DNA of 64,000 bases, from contig JAIBAM010000001.1 in the NCBI GenBank assembly GCA_019695175.1, positions 149,689-213,688 of the forward strand. Direction: 5' to 3'. The DNA comes from Bdellovibrionales bacterium. Its GTDB lineage: Bacteria; Bdellovibrionota; Bdellovibrionia; Bdellovibrionales; UBA1609. Positions 19,518 through 27,920 of the stretch are shown piece by piece. Position numbers and translations under genes: made by a program. A model generated the notes under the pieces. The model had not been told where the DNA came from. It saw only the letters and a list, made by a program, of their open reading frames with translations, and ran no database searches. Positions within the stretch are counted from its first letter, which is position 1. Each line of letters starts with the position of its first letter.

Positions 19518-20573
19518 ATGCGACGACATTTACGCAGTTCCACGATTCTTTTTTTAATTGGATCTGCATTGTTACATCTATTATCCGGTGTAACGCTTTA
19601 CTTTAGTCCGGATCCATCACTAACCCAACAAGTCGCTACCCCGGTTGAAGTGGATTACCGAACCGAACCTGAGTCAAAAACAAAAAACAAAAAGTCCCAG
19701 CAAATTGTAGAACAGAAGAAACAAATTAATTCTGAAGAAGATCCCAACGCAAAATATTTAAGTGCTTTTAATCAGAAGATTCTCCAACAAACTCGCTCGG
19801 CACAGGCTGGAAAATTTAATAACAATCCCCAAAGTGAAAGTTCAACTCAACACCAAAGAAAGGTAAAGCCAACAAAGCGAATCCAAAAAAATGATTCCCT
19901 AGCAGAAATAAATGAAAAATCTCTTTCCCCAAAGTTTTCGGACATTAAACCCCAGTTTAATCCAGCCGCTCATCTAGGAACCTCCCAACCCAGTCCAACC
20001 CAAAATCAAGAGACTTCGGCAACAGATGATTACTTAAAAGATTTGAGTCTAGGCCCTCAAACTCTACTTTCTACCAGAGAATATATCTACTATTCATATT
20101 ACAATCGAATAAAAGAAAAAATAAAACTTCATTGGGAAACGCAAGTAAAAGAAAAAATCAGTATTGTTTTTCGACACGGAAGAACCATTGCCTCCAATAA
20201 AGATCACATCACACAGGTTGTGATTGTTCTCAACAAAGAAGGTCGTCTTATACGAGTTGAAATTTTGAGTCCCAGCGGGGTCCAAGATCTAGATCAAGCC
20301 GCCATTGATGCCTTCCAATCCGCGGAACCTTTTCCCAACCCACCCAAAGGTCTAGTCGAAAAGGACGGATTGATTCGAATCCGATGGGACTTTGTGTTGG
20401 AGGCTAGTCATTTCCACTCACCTGCTTTCCAAGACACTTACAGTTATGGATCGCAAAAGATAAAACTAATACCTTCCAATTTACCCTTGGCATTAAGACC
20501 TGAGTCAGGATATTCATATAAAGATTTAAATACGCTATTGAACAACAACCCTTCCAGTGAGTCGGTGTCTTGA
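19518..20573 (+). CDS. TonB C-terminal-domain protein (energy-transducer-like)
   Basis: N-terminal anchor MRRHLRSSTILFLIGSALLHLLSGVTLYF, a long K/Q/S/P-rich linker, and a TonB_C-like block (VVIVLNKEGRLIRVEILSPSGVQDLDQAAIDAFQSAEPFPNPP). The track ORF starts at GTG 19467. ATG 19518 is preferred because it follows GAAGAGGTG and gives a typical TonB N-terminus. Confidence 0.75.
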   Translation: MRRHLRSSTILFLIGSALLHLLSGVTLYFSPDPSLTQQVATPVEVDYRTEPESKTKNKKSQQIVEQKKQINSEEDPNAKYLSAFNQKILQQTRSAQAGKFNNNPQSESSTQHQRKVKPTKRIQKNDSLAEINEKSLSPKFSDIKPQFNPAAHLGTSQPSPTQNQETSATDDYLKDLSLGPQTLLSTREYIYYSYYNRIKEKIKLHWETQVKEKISIVFRHGRTIASNKDHITQVVIVLNKEGRLIRVEILSPSGVQDLDQAAIDAFQSAEPFPNPPKGLVEKDGLIRIRWDFVLEASHFHSPAFQDTYSYGSQKIKLIPSNLPLALRPESGYSYKDLNTLLNNNPSSESVS

Positions 20574-20665
20574 GTTTTTAAAGAAAACTTAAGGTCGACC
20601 CATCACTGTGTTAACAAGTAAATAAAAACAAATTTACACCCACGGAGACACCCAGAAGGTAAAAT

Positions 20666-23467
20666 ATGAAGATTTCATCAGCACTGGAAAAAACCCTTAA
20701 TACCATTATCAGCCGAGCCCATTACTTCGCCAATCAAATGATTTATGTGGCCAACCATAGGGAAAACATTGAAAAAGGAGACCCCAAGGTCGGAGGACAC
20801 AGTTCTGCTAGTTCTAGCTCCATTCATATTTTAGGAGCTCTGCATCTTGTGGTTAAAACCGGTTTTGACCACATGGCAATTAAACCCCATGCTTCTCCAG
20901 CAGACCACGCCTTTAATTATCTACTAGATTTATTTATAAATAAAAATGGAACAAGACTCGCTCCCGAACAAAGCGAAAACGCCATGCACAATTTACGTAG
21001 TTTTCCCCTAAATGAAGAGTTTGTTTTCCAATCCTACCATTCCAGTTATGATCCAGATCATCATAATTATCTTCCTTCGGGCACGGTAGGAATCCCCCCT
21101 GTAAATGCAGGTTATTTAGCTCTCGCCTACCGTTATGCCGAAAAACATGGGTACAAAGTCCCCAAAGCACACTTTTGGTCATTAATTGGTGATTCCGAAT
21201 TCCGAGAAGGATCCCTTCATGAAGCCATTCCTGATTTTGCTGAAAGGGAGTTGGGGAATCTAACTTGGATCATCGATTACAACCGGCAAAGCCTCGATGG
21301 CCACAGAATTACTAATAAAGGTGCTATGCACGGTACAGATGATCAAAGAATTGAAAGATCCATGATTGCCAATGGCTGGGAAGTTCTACAAGTACGACAT
21401 GGAAAACACCGTCTTGAGTTGTTTAAAAAAACGGACGGAGATAAATTTCAGCAACTTTTAGAAAAAGAATTAACAGATTATGAGTTGCAAGTTTTACTCC
21501 AATTTAAAACTGGCTTAGAAGTTCGTCAGGAGCTCCTCAGCAAGCACGCCCAGCTTAAAAATTTTCTAAAAAAAGTTTCAGACCAGGAACTATGGCAAGG
21601 TTTAAGAGACTTTGGCGGTCACGATATTTCCCAATTAGTGGCAGCTCTAGAACAGAGCCAATTGAATCAAAAAAAACCCACTCTTATCATTGCGCATACT
21701 CTGAAAGGATGGAATTTAAATATGGCGGCCTCACCTGGCAACCATTCGAGCCTTCCAGACAAAGAAGAAATGGAACATCTGCGCAAGACCCAAGGGATCA
21801 CTAATTTATTTGAAAAATTTAAATCTAGCAGCGAAGAAAGCCTCTACTTAAAAAAACGCGGTGACAAATTATTTGCCGACATTCAACAACAAAAAAACAT
21901 CCGAGAAGAGAATCTGACCCTTTTCTCTGAAATTTTTGCATCTCCTGGTGAATTTCCCAGTTCAATGGAAATCAATCTTAAATTGGCAAGTTACCCTCAC
22001 ACCCAATGGATGCTAGGTCAATTGACTGCAAAGCTCACTCGAATTGCAAACACTCTTGTAGATTCACACAAATCTAAAAACGAAAATCAAAAAACCCTCA
22101 ACCCTTTAGAGAAATCTTTTAAACTTCCTGCAGAGATGTTTATATCTATGGCACCCGATGTCGGAACCAGTACTAATCTGAATCCAGCAATGGATGGAAA
22201 GATTTATGGCTCTGCTGTAGTTGAGGATTTGGAAAAAGAATTTGGCGTTAAAGATAAAGGAACCCCTGATCTTGTTCCAGGCGAAGAAGTTTCGGATCGC
22301 TTTCTACGTTTTGAAATTGCCGAAGCCAACGTCATGTCCTGCGTCGGCTCTTTTGGACGCATGCTTGATTTATTGGGCTTACCACTTTTGCCTTTAATGA
22401 CCGTTTATGATTTTTTTGTCAAAAGAGCCCATGACCAGTATTTTTATAATCTTTATTGGAAATCCAGTTTCATTCTAGTGGGAACGCCTTCAGGTGTGAC
22501 TTTATCTCCAGAAGGGGCTCAACACGGATGGAAATCAGATTTCCAAATTCCAAATCAAATCACTTGGGAACCTTTTTTCTGTCAAGAATTGGACTGGATT
22601 TTTGTAGATGCCATTCGACGTCATTTTACCCAGAATAATGTCGGAAGAACTGGCGTTTTTATTAGAGGATCTACCCGAGGTGTGGAACAAAAAGATTTTC
22701 TCTATCACTTGCGTACTCAAAAAAGATTTAAATCCGATGAAAGTCAAATCCCTCTTCTGCCTAAAGGTATGACTTACGAAGGCTGTGTTGATGAATCCAC
22801 TCTGACTTGTCAGAGTGATAACGAAATACTCACCCAAATTCGTATGGAAGTTCTTGAAGGGGCGTACTCCCTCATCAACTACCAAGGTTATTCTGGCTAT
22901 GAACCCGGGGACAATGTGGTTCATATTTTCGCCATGGGCAGTTTGGGAACAGAAGCCATCAAAGCATCAAAAACCCTATTAGAAAAAGGGATTTACGCCA
23001 ATGTTATCATAGTAACAAGCCCAGATTTATTGGTCGGAAATCTGGGATATGAAAACAACTATAAACACTTATTGTTAGGCTTAGGAGTCAACTCGCAAAT
23101 GTACTTTAATCCTCACATGAATGGCACTACAAATGTAGGAGAAGTTATAACATTGGCAGGAAGAAGAATTCCCATAGTCAGCGTCCATGATGGAGAAGCA
23201 GGTTTATTAGACAATATTGGTTCCATTGTTGGTGTTAAACAAATCTCTCTTGCGGTCAGAAAACACTCCCGATGCGGTCGCCCTAGTGATATCTACAGCT
23301 ATCACCACATTGATGCCCTTTCTATCATCGAAGCTTGCGGTCAAGTGTTGGCCCAAACCTCATTAGAAAAAGTCACCTTCAGTCGAAAGCTGATAAATGA
23401 GGTTCTAGAGAAACCCCAGCAAAACCTAAATTGGCAGGAGTTATGGCCGAAAAACACCAGCCACTAA
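20666..23467 (+). CDS. homodimeric-type 2-oxoacid (pyruvate) dehydrogenase E1-like thiamine-diphosphate enzyme, divergent and orphan
   Basis: 933 aa. VGGHSSASSSSIHILGALHLV and KPHASPADHAFNYL align by eye to E. coli AceE GGHMASFQSSATIYDVCFNHF and QGHISPGVYARAFL. The ThDP-binding block LIGDSEFREGSLHEAIPDFAERELGNLTWIIDYNRQSLDG aligns to AceE [40 protein letters not shown]. Confidence 0.75.
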   Translation: MKISSALEKTLNTIISRAHYFANQMIYVANHRENIEKGDPKVGGHSSASSSSIHILGALHLVVKTGFDHMAIKPHASPADHAFNYLLDLFINKNGTRLAPEQSENAMHNLRSFPLNEEFVFQSYHSSYDPDHHNYLPSGTVGIPPVNAGYLALAYRYAEKHGYKVPKAHFWSLIGDSEFREGSLHEAIPDFAERELGNLTWIIDYNRQSLDGHRITNKGAMHGTDDQRIERSMIANGWEVLQVRHGKHRLELFKKTDGDKFQQLLEKELTDYELQVLLQFKTGLEVRQELLSKHAQLKNFLKKVSDQELWQGLRDFGGHDISQLVAALEQSQLNQKKPTLIIAHTLKGWNLNMAASPGNHSSLPDKEEMEHLRKTQGITNLFEKFKSSSEESLYLKKRGDKLFADIQQQKNIREENLTLFSEIFASPGEFPSSMEINLKLASYPHTQWMLGQLTAKLTRIANTLVDSHKSKNENQKTLNPLEKSFKLPAEMFISMAPDVGTSTNLNPAMDGKIYGSAVVEDLEKEFGVKDKGTPDLVPGEEVSDRFLRFEIAEANVMSCVGSFGRMLDLLGLPLLPLMTVYDFFVKRAHDQYFYNLYWKSSFILVGTPSGVTLSPEGAQHGWKSDFQIPNQITWEPFFCQELDWIFVDAIRRHFTQNNVGRTGVFIRGSTRGVEQKDFLYHLRTQKRFKSDESQIPLLPKGMTYEGCVDESTLTCQSDNEILTQIRMEVLEGAYSLINYQGYSGYEPGDNVVHIFAMGSLGTEAIKASKTLLEKGIYANVIIVTSPDLLVGNLGYENNYKHLLLGLGVNSQMYFNPHMNGTTNVGEVITLAGRRIPIVSVHDGEAGLLDNIGSIVGVKQISLAVRKHSRCGRPSDIYSYHHIDALSIIEACGQVLAQTSLEKVTFSRKLINEVLEKPQQNLNWQELWPKNTSH

Positions 23468-23469
23468 AA

Positions 23470-24270
23470 ATGGTTCCAGCAATCGAAAATATTCCGAACC
23501 ACGGTTTTACACTCATTCCGGAAAAACAGAATTATGATCCCACCATTGTTTTCGTTCATCATTTTGGAGGCTCTCGCACCCATGTGAAAAAACATCAACA
23601 ATTTGTGGCCCAACTGGGTTTTAAATCCGTGGCCTTTGATTTAAGCTTTCCCAACTCAAGACAAATACTGACCTCGCTATTTAAATCTGAAAATTCCGCA
23701 CCCTTATTGCTCCGTTCAAGATGGAGTTATGAAATCTCACAAGTTCTTGATTGTATTGAAGGTGATAAAATACTTTTTTCCTTTTCTTTTCCCTCCAATG
23801 CAACCGCCCATTCAATCGCAAATCGCAAAGAAAAAGACATCCTGAGTTGGATTTGCGACGGTGGACCATTTTTAAAACCTTGGCAATGCGGCTGGAATCT
23901 CTGCACTTTTCAATATCCTGAAAGGAGCCCACTCTACAAATCAATGCAGCTCCTAAAGCGATGGTTTGCCATGGAAATGTGGTCATTTAAGTCGGAACTT
24001 TATAGTGACTTACAAAAATTTCCTGAAAATTTTCCCATCTTAAGTATAAGATCCTGGCAAGACCCGTTAGTTCCAATTTCAGCCATTGACGAAGCCTTTT
24101 CGGGAAACAATAAAATTCATTTAGAAACATTAACTTTAACAGAATCCGGACATCTCAATGGCCTTCGAACCACGCCACAAGTATACAAACCGAGGGTTGA
24201 AGATTTTTTAAAGCGTTTTTCAAAAAAAACTCCTCTCGACGAAACAAAAATACAACATTTATTGACCTAG
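23470..24270 (+). CDS. hypothetical protein, alpha/beta-hydrolase-fold-like
   Basis: IVFVHHFGGSRTHVKKHQQFVAQLGFKSVAFD resembles the strand-loop start of alpha/beta hydrolases. I saw no clean GxSxG elbow. The track ORF starts at 23431, inside the E1-like gene. ATG 23470 begins 2 nt after that gene's TAA and is preferred. Confidence 0.55.
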   Translation: MVPAIENIPNHGFTLIPEKQNYDPTIVFVHHFGGSRTHVKKHQQFVAQLGFKSVAFDLSFPNSRQILTSLFKSENSAPLLLRSRWSYEISQVLDCIEGDKILFSFSFPSNATAHSIANRKEKDILSWICDGGPFLKPWQCGWNLCTFQYPERSPLYKSMQLLKRWFAMEMWSFKSELYSDLQKFPENFPILSIRSWQDPLVPISAIDEAFSGNNKIHLETLTLTESGHLNGLRTTPQVYKPRVEDFLKRFSKKTPLDETKIQHLLT

Positions 24271-26769
24271 ATCTTGAATCGCTTTCAACCAATATAATTT
24301 GGTTTCATTTTGAAAGATCATAAAATTTTTATTTGTCTTGAGAGTTTCTTTTAGTTTCTGCAATCCAAGTTCCTCAAGTTCTCGCATTTTTTTGACTCCC
24401 ATGTCAACAAAATCCACATGAATTTGCTTACTTTCTTCATCTAACTGACTGATGAGAGTTCTCTCTATTGCAACCGCCTTGGATAAATCCTCATCATCCA
24501 AAAGCAGTCTATCCACAAATGTTTTGTGTAAATGTTTTATCCATTCCTTTTCCAATTGGGTGTCTTTTTGAACCTCTGAAAAGTGCAATGTGTGCAAAAT
24601 ATTGTCCGTATATGTTTCTTTCCACTCTCCATCTTTCTTGGGTTGATATTTATTGTTTTGCGACTCCCTTTGTTCTCTTCCATAAAGTTGACCCGCTGTT
24701 TCCCCACGATCATTCATAATTGAGAACCACTTCAATAAGGGATCATATCCCCAAATTTTGGCTCCACAGAAAACCAAAACTAAAGCAGCACCAAGCGACA
24801 AGCCCACCTTTTGTACGAGTGATTTTCTTTTCTTTTCAATAAACTGTATCTCTTTACTCACATCTTCATTGGGGTACGAAGGTAAATCTAAAAATTTTTC
24901 ATCCAATGACTTTAGAATTGTATCTGAAACAATGGTTTGAATTGTTTCCTTAGACAAAGCTTTAGTAGACCCCGATGTGGTCCACTCCACGTACTGAAAG
25001 GTCAGGGATTCAACAATACTTGATATAATTCTATCTTTCTTTTGGTAAAAAGCATCCACAGAATTTTTTATTTCTTTTCGAAGTAAATCCTCTTGCTTCA
25101 TTCTTGAATGGTAAATTTCATCTTCTGATTTTTTCTTACTCATCTCGATTTGTTGTGAAATTTTATTTTTGTTATTTTGTAGTTCTAGATCGAAATTTTG
25201 TTGTTCACTTTTTCTTAAAAGTTCTAATTTTTTTATTTCTTCCGTTAAGCCAAGTTCTTGACGTTTATAGTCCGAAATCAACTGTTGAGTGTTTTTTAAT
25301 TCAGCTTCAGTGTCTTTAATTTTTTTGGACAACAATTCCCATTCATTTTTCGACTGGACCAATTGTTGTGATAGTTTTTCGTTTTCTGCACTCACTTTGA
25401 TTGATTCCTGTTTATATTGAGTGCACAGAGTCTTAAGTTCTTCTAGTGACTTATTTTCGTCTTGGATTTTTAACACAATTTTCTGCAAATTTTCTTTTTC
25501 TAAGGCTTGTCGATTTGTTAATTCTATCTTTTCTTTTTCAAAAATTTTATTCTGTTCATTTATTTTTTCATCAAGGAGCTTTGCACGAATTTCCCGTTCT
25601 GCATACCATTGTTCCCGTTCCATTTTCAGCTCAGTTTCCACATTTTTCTTCCACAAATCCATTTCCCTATTTTTATCTTGATACTCCATTTCTAATTTTT
25701 GTTTGGTAGATTCAAATAAATTATGTACTTCTTTCTGAGCTTGAGAGGTAATTTGTTCCGCTTGCGATTGAGCTAATTTCCGTGTCGATTCCATTGTATC
25801 TGTTGCCAAAAGTTGAGCCTTTTTTGAAATTTCATCAGCTCTTACCTTTGCATTTTCAACAATTCGATCCGCTTCTTTTTGTGCTTCCTCATTTCGACTC
25901 TTCAGTAATTGTTCAGCGGTTCGATTCGCTTCACGCCAAATTTCATCCGATTTTGCAGCAATTTCAATTTCTTTTCTTTTTGCTAAATCTAATAACCTTT
26001 GCGTTTCAAACTGCATCGACTCAGCTTCTACTTTTGCCTTTTCAATGAGTTTCGCAGCTTTTGTTTCCGCTTCTAACAAATGAGATTGTGCAATTTCTTT
26101 TGATTCCTTCAAATTTTTTTCTGCCGCCGAGTGAATTTCCATAACCACGGCATCCGCCTTGCTCTTTGCAGATTGAAAGGTATTTTTATGGAATAAATTG
26201 GCCTCATCAATTAATTTTTTTGCCAATTGCTCAGATTCATTTTTAATTTTTTGAGCTTCCGTCTGAGCCTCTTGTAACAAAAAATCAGCATCACTTTTCT
26301 TTTGATCAAAAATTCTTTGTGATAATTCAAAGGCCTTTTTTTCAGCTTCTTGAACTTGTTCCTTCACTGACAACATTAAATTTTCAATTTGCCCCAAATG
26401 CTCTTCATCAAGACCCAACTGAGTCAGTTTTTTAGGGTCAATTTTTTTTGGCAACAGCTTAAATTGAATGGATACATCAACATCACCCAATTGAATCCAC
26501 TCATCTGTTTTGTAGGATGTCATTTCATTTTTTACTAAAACAAAATCCCCCATTGAAGTGCCAATACTACTTCCCAAATCCTTTAACCAAATCTTCCCTT
26601 GTTCTACTGAAACTTCCAAATGACGACGAGAAACACGTGGATCCGGTATGACCAATTCATTTTCGACAGAGCGCCCTAAACCAAATTTTTCTTCATCTAA
26701 AATAATTTGTTCAACTTTTCCCTGACCCCATTTCAAAGTCACGAGTATGGCATATCCTTTCATTCTCAT
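24259..26769 (-). CDS. FHA-domain protein with very long repetitive coiled coil, one TM and a C-terminal extracytoplasmic domain
   Basis: The N-terminal FHA signature is FGLGRSVENELVIPDPRVSRRHLEVSVEQGKIWLKDLGSSIGT. From about aa 120 to 600 the sequence is K/E/Q/A-rich heptad-like repeats, such as EAQTEAQKIKNESEQLAKKLIDEA, EAETKAAKLIEKAKVEAES and EEAQKEADRIVENAKVRADEISKKA. The TM segment is VGLSLGAALVLVFCGAKIW. A tail of about 160 aa follows. Confidence 0.85.
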   Translation of the reverse strand: MRMKGYAILVTLKWGQGKVEQIILDEEKFGLGRSVENELVIPDPRVSRRHLEVSVEQGKIWLKDLGSSIGTSMGDFVLVKNEMTSYKTDEWIQLGDVDVSIQFKLLPKKIDPKKLTQLGLDEEHLGQIENLMLSVKEQVQEAEKKAFELSQRIFDQKKSDADFLLQEAQTEAQKIKNESEQLAKKLIDEANLFHKNTFQSAKSKADAVVMEIHSAAEKNLKESKEIAQSHLLEAETKAAKLIEKAKVEAESMQFETQRLLDLAKRKEIEIAAKSDEIWREANRTAEQLLKSRNEEAQKEADRIVENAKVRADEISKKAQLLATDTMESTRKLAQSQAEQITSQAQKEVHNLFESTKQKLEMEYQDKNREMDLWKKNVETELKMEREQWYAEREIRAKLLDEKINEQNKIFEKEKIELTNRQALEKENLQKIVLKIQDENKSLEELKTLCTQYKQESIKVSAENEKLSQQLVQSKNEWELLSKKIKDTEAELKNTQQLISDYKRQELGLTEEIKKLELLRKSEQQNFDLELQNNKNKISQQIEMSKKKSEDEIYHSRMKQEDLLRKEIKNSVDAFYQKKDRIISSIVESLTFQYVEWTTSGSTKALSKETIQTIVSDTILKSLDEKFLDLPSYPNEDVSKEIQFIEKKRKSLVQKVGLSLGAALVLVFCGAKIWGYDPLLKWFSIMNDRGETAGQLYGREQRESQNNKYQPKKDGEWKETYTDNILHTLHFSEVQKDTQLEKEWIKHLHKTFVDRLLLDDEDLSKAVAIERTLISQLDEESKQIHVDFVDMGVKKMRELEELGLQKLKETLKTNKNFMIFQNETKLYWLKAIQDLGQ

Positions 26770-26896
26770 ACTTCCTTAAGATCAAGTGAACACATTTATA
26801 GGATCAAATCCCCAGTCCCTACTCTCAAAATACCATCGCATCAACTGCAATAGGCTCAACACCGACTCCGTAATACAAAGTTGCTGCAATACTCGA

Positions 26897-27841
26897 TCAG
26901 GCAGATTTAATTTTATCAAAATCTCGTGATCGTTCGTTTTGTTTTAAAACCTGTGTAATAGCTTGTTCTGCGAGTGCTTCCGAAGGATCTCGATGCTCAT
27001 CAAATTTACCTTCATCTACTGGGTAAAGATTATTATTACTACGGTACCACAAAAGATCTAGCGAACTTTCAAAACGATCCACAACATCTACAAAAACCCG
27101 ATCAGGTGAATAAAGTGTGTTTATAAATGTCATGCTAACTGAAAAAAATATCCCCACAATTGAACTATTCATGGCAAATGAAATCTCTAGCAAAAATTGA
27201 TCCATAATTTGTTTAGAAATATCCATATTGGAGAGATCCATTTTGCCAAGAGCCGGTAACCCCTTCACAATTCCTAAAAAGGTACCAAAGATTCCACCAA
27301 TGACAAATAAAGAGGGTAGTATCTGTAAAATATCATGAATACGATTTACGGAGAAGAAACCAAATATATAATTAAAACAAGGATTTTTCTGAAATGTATT
27401 TTTAGTAATATTGATTAATTTTGGGTTTTGATCATTCCATCTTAAAAATTTAAGTTGACTCAATAAATCTTTAACCAGCCAGGCCATTCCTTGTTTAATT
27501 AAAAAAATTCGATCACTAAGCGTGATTATTCTATCATTACGACGGCGACTCAATCGATCTCTTACTTCAAAAATTTCGTAGTATGTTTTTTCCAACATCC
27601 GCTTAGTTAAGGAGTAAAATGAGTAAGAGCCAGATTGGCCGGGAGTTTCATCCTCTATAAACTTTTGCACGCGTTTTTCAAATTCTTTCGCAAACCAATC
27701 ATGGCGTTTTACGGTGTAGTAAGTCATGATTCTAAAAACAATTCCCAAAAAGTAAAACACAATCATAGTTGGCAAAACCAAATTCAATGCAAAATTGATC
27801 AGATGATCATTGAGAAATTTTATAATCAAATGCGACAACAT
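26897..27841 (-). CDS. MotA/TolQ/ExbB-family proton-channel protein (3-TM, ExbB/TolQ-like topology)
   Basis: TM1 is LVLPTMIVFYFLGIVFRIM, followed by a cytoplasmic loop of about 130 aa. The TM2/TM3 pair carries the family signature: LPSLFVIGGIFGTFLGIVKGL (compare PLLGLLGTVxGM) and EISFAMNSSIVGIFFSVSMTF (compare EALxTTxxGLxxAIP). Confidence 0.7.
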   Translation of the reverse strand: MLSHLIIKFLNDHLINFALNLVLPTMIVFYFLGIVFRIMTYYTVKRHDWFAKEFEKRVQKFIEDETPGQSGSYSFYSLTKRMLEKTYYEIFEVRDRLSRRRNDRIITLSDRIFLIKQGMAWLVKDLLSQLKFLRWNDQNPKLINITKNTFQKNPCFNYIFGFFSVNRIHDILQILPSLFVIGGIFGTFLGIVKGLPALGKMDLSNMDISKQIMDQFLLEISFAMNSSIVGIFFSVSMTFINTLYSPDRVFVDVVDRFESSLDLLWYRSNNNLYPVDEGKFDEHRDPSEALAEQAITQVLKQNERSRDFDKIKSA

Positions 27842-27920
27842 ATTTACCCCTTATTTCTTTCCCTTTTAAAATTCTTATCCCTTTTTAAGCCCAGTGAAAT
27901 CCAATGAAAATAAACACAAT

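Noticed and set aside
25104-26048. Several 70-90-aa plus-strand ORFs (25104-25319, 25421-25709, 25782-26048)
   Set aside because: They are antisense shadows of the low-complexity coiled-coil region of the FHA gene. Their Phe/Leu/Ser-rich translations mirror the Lys/Glu/Gln codons on the other strand.
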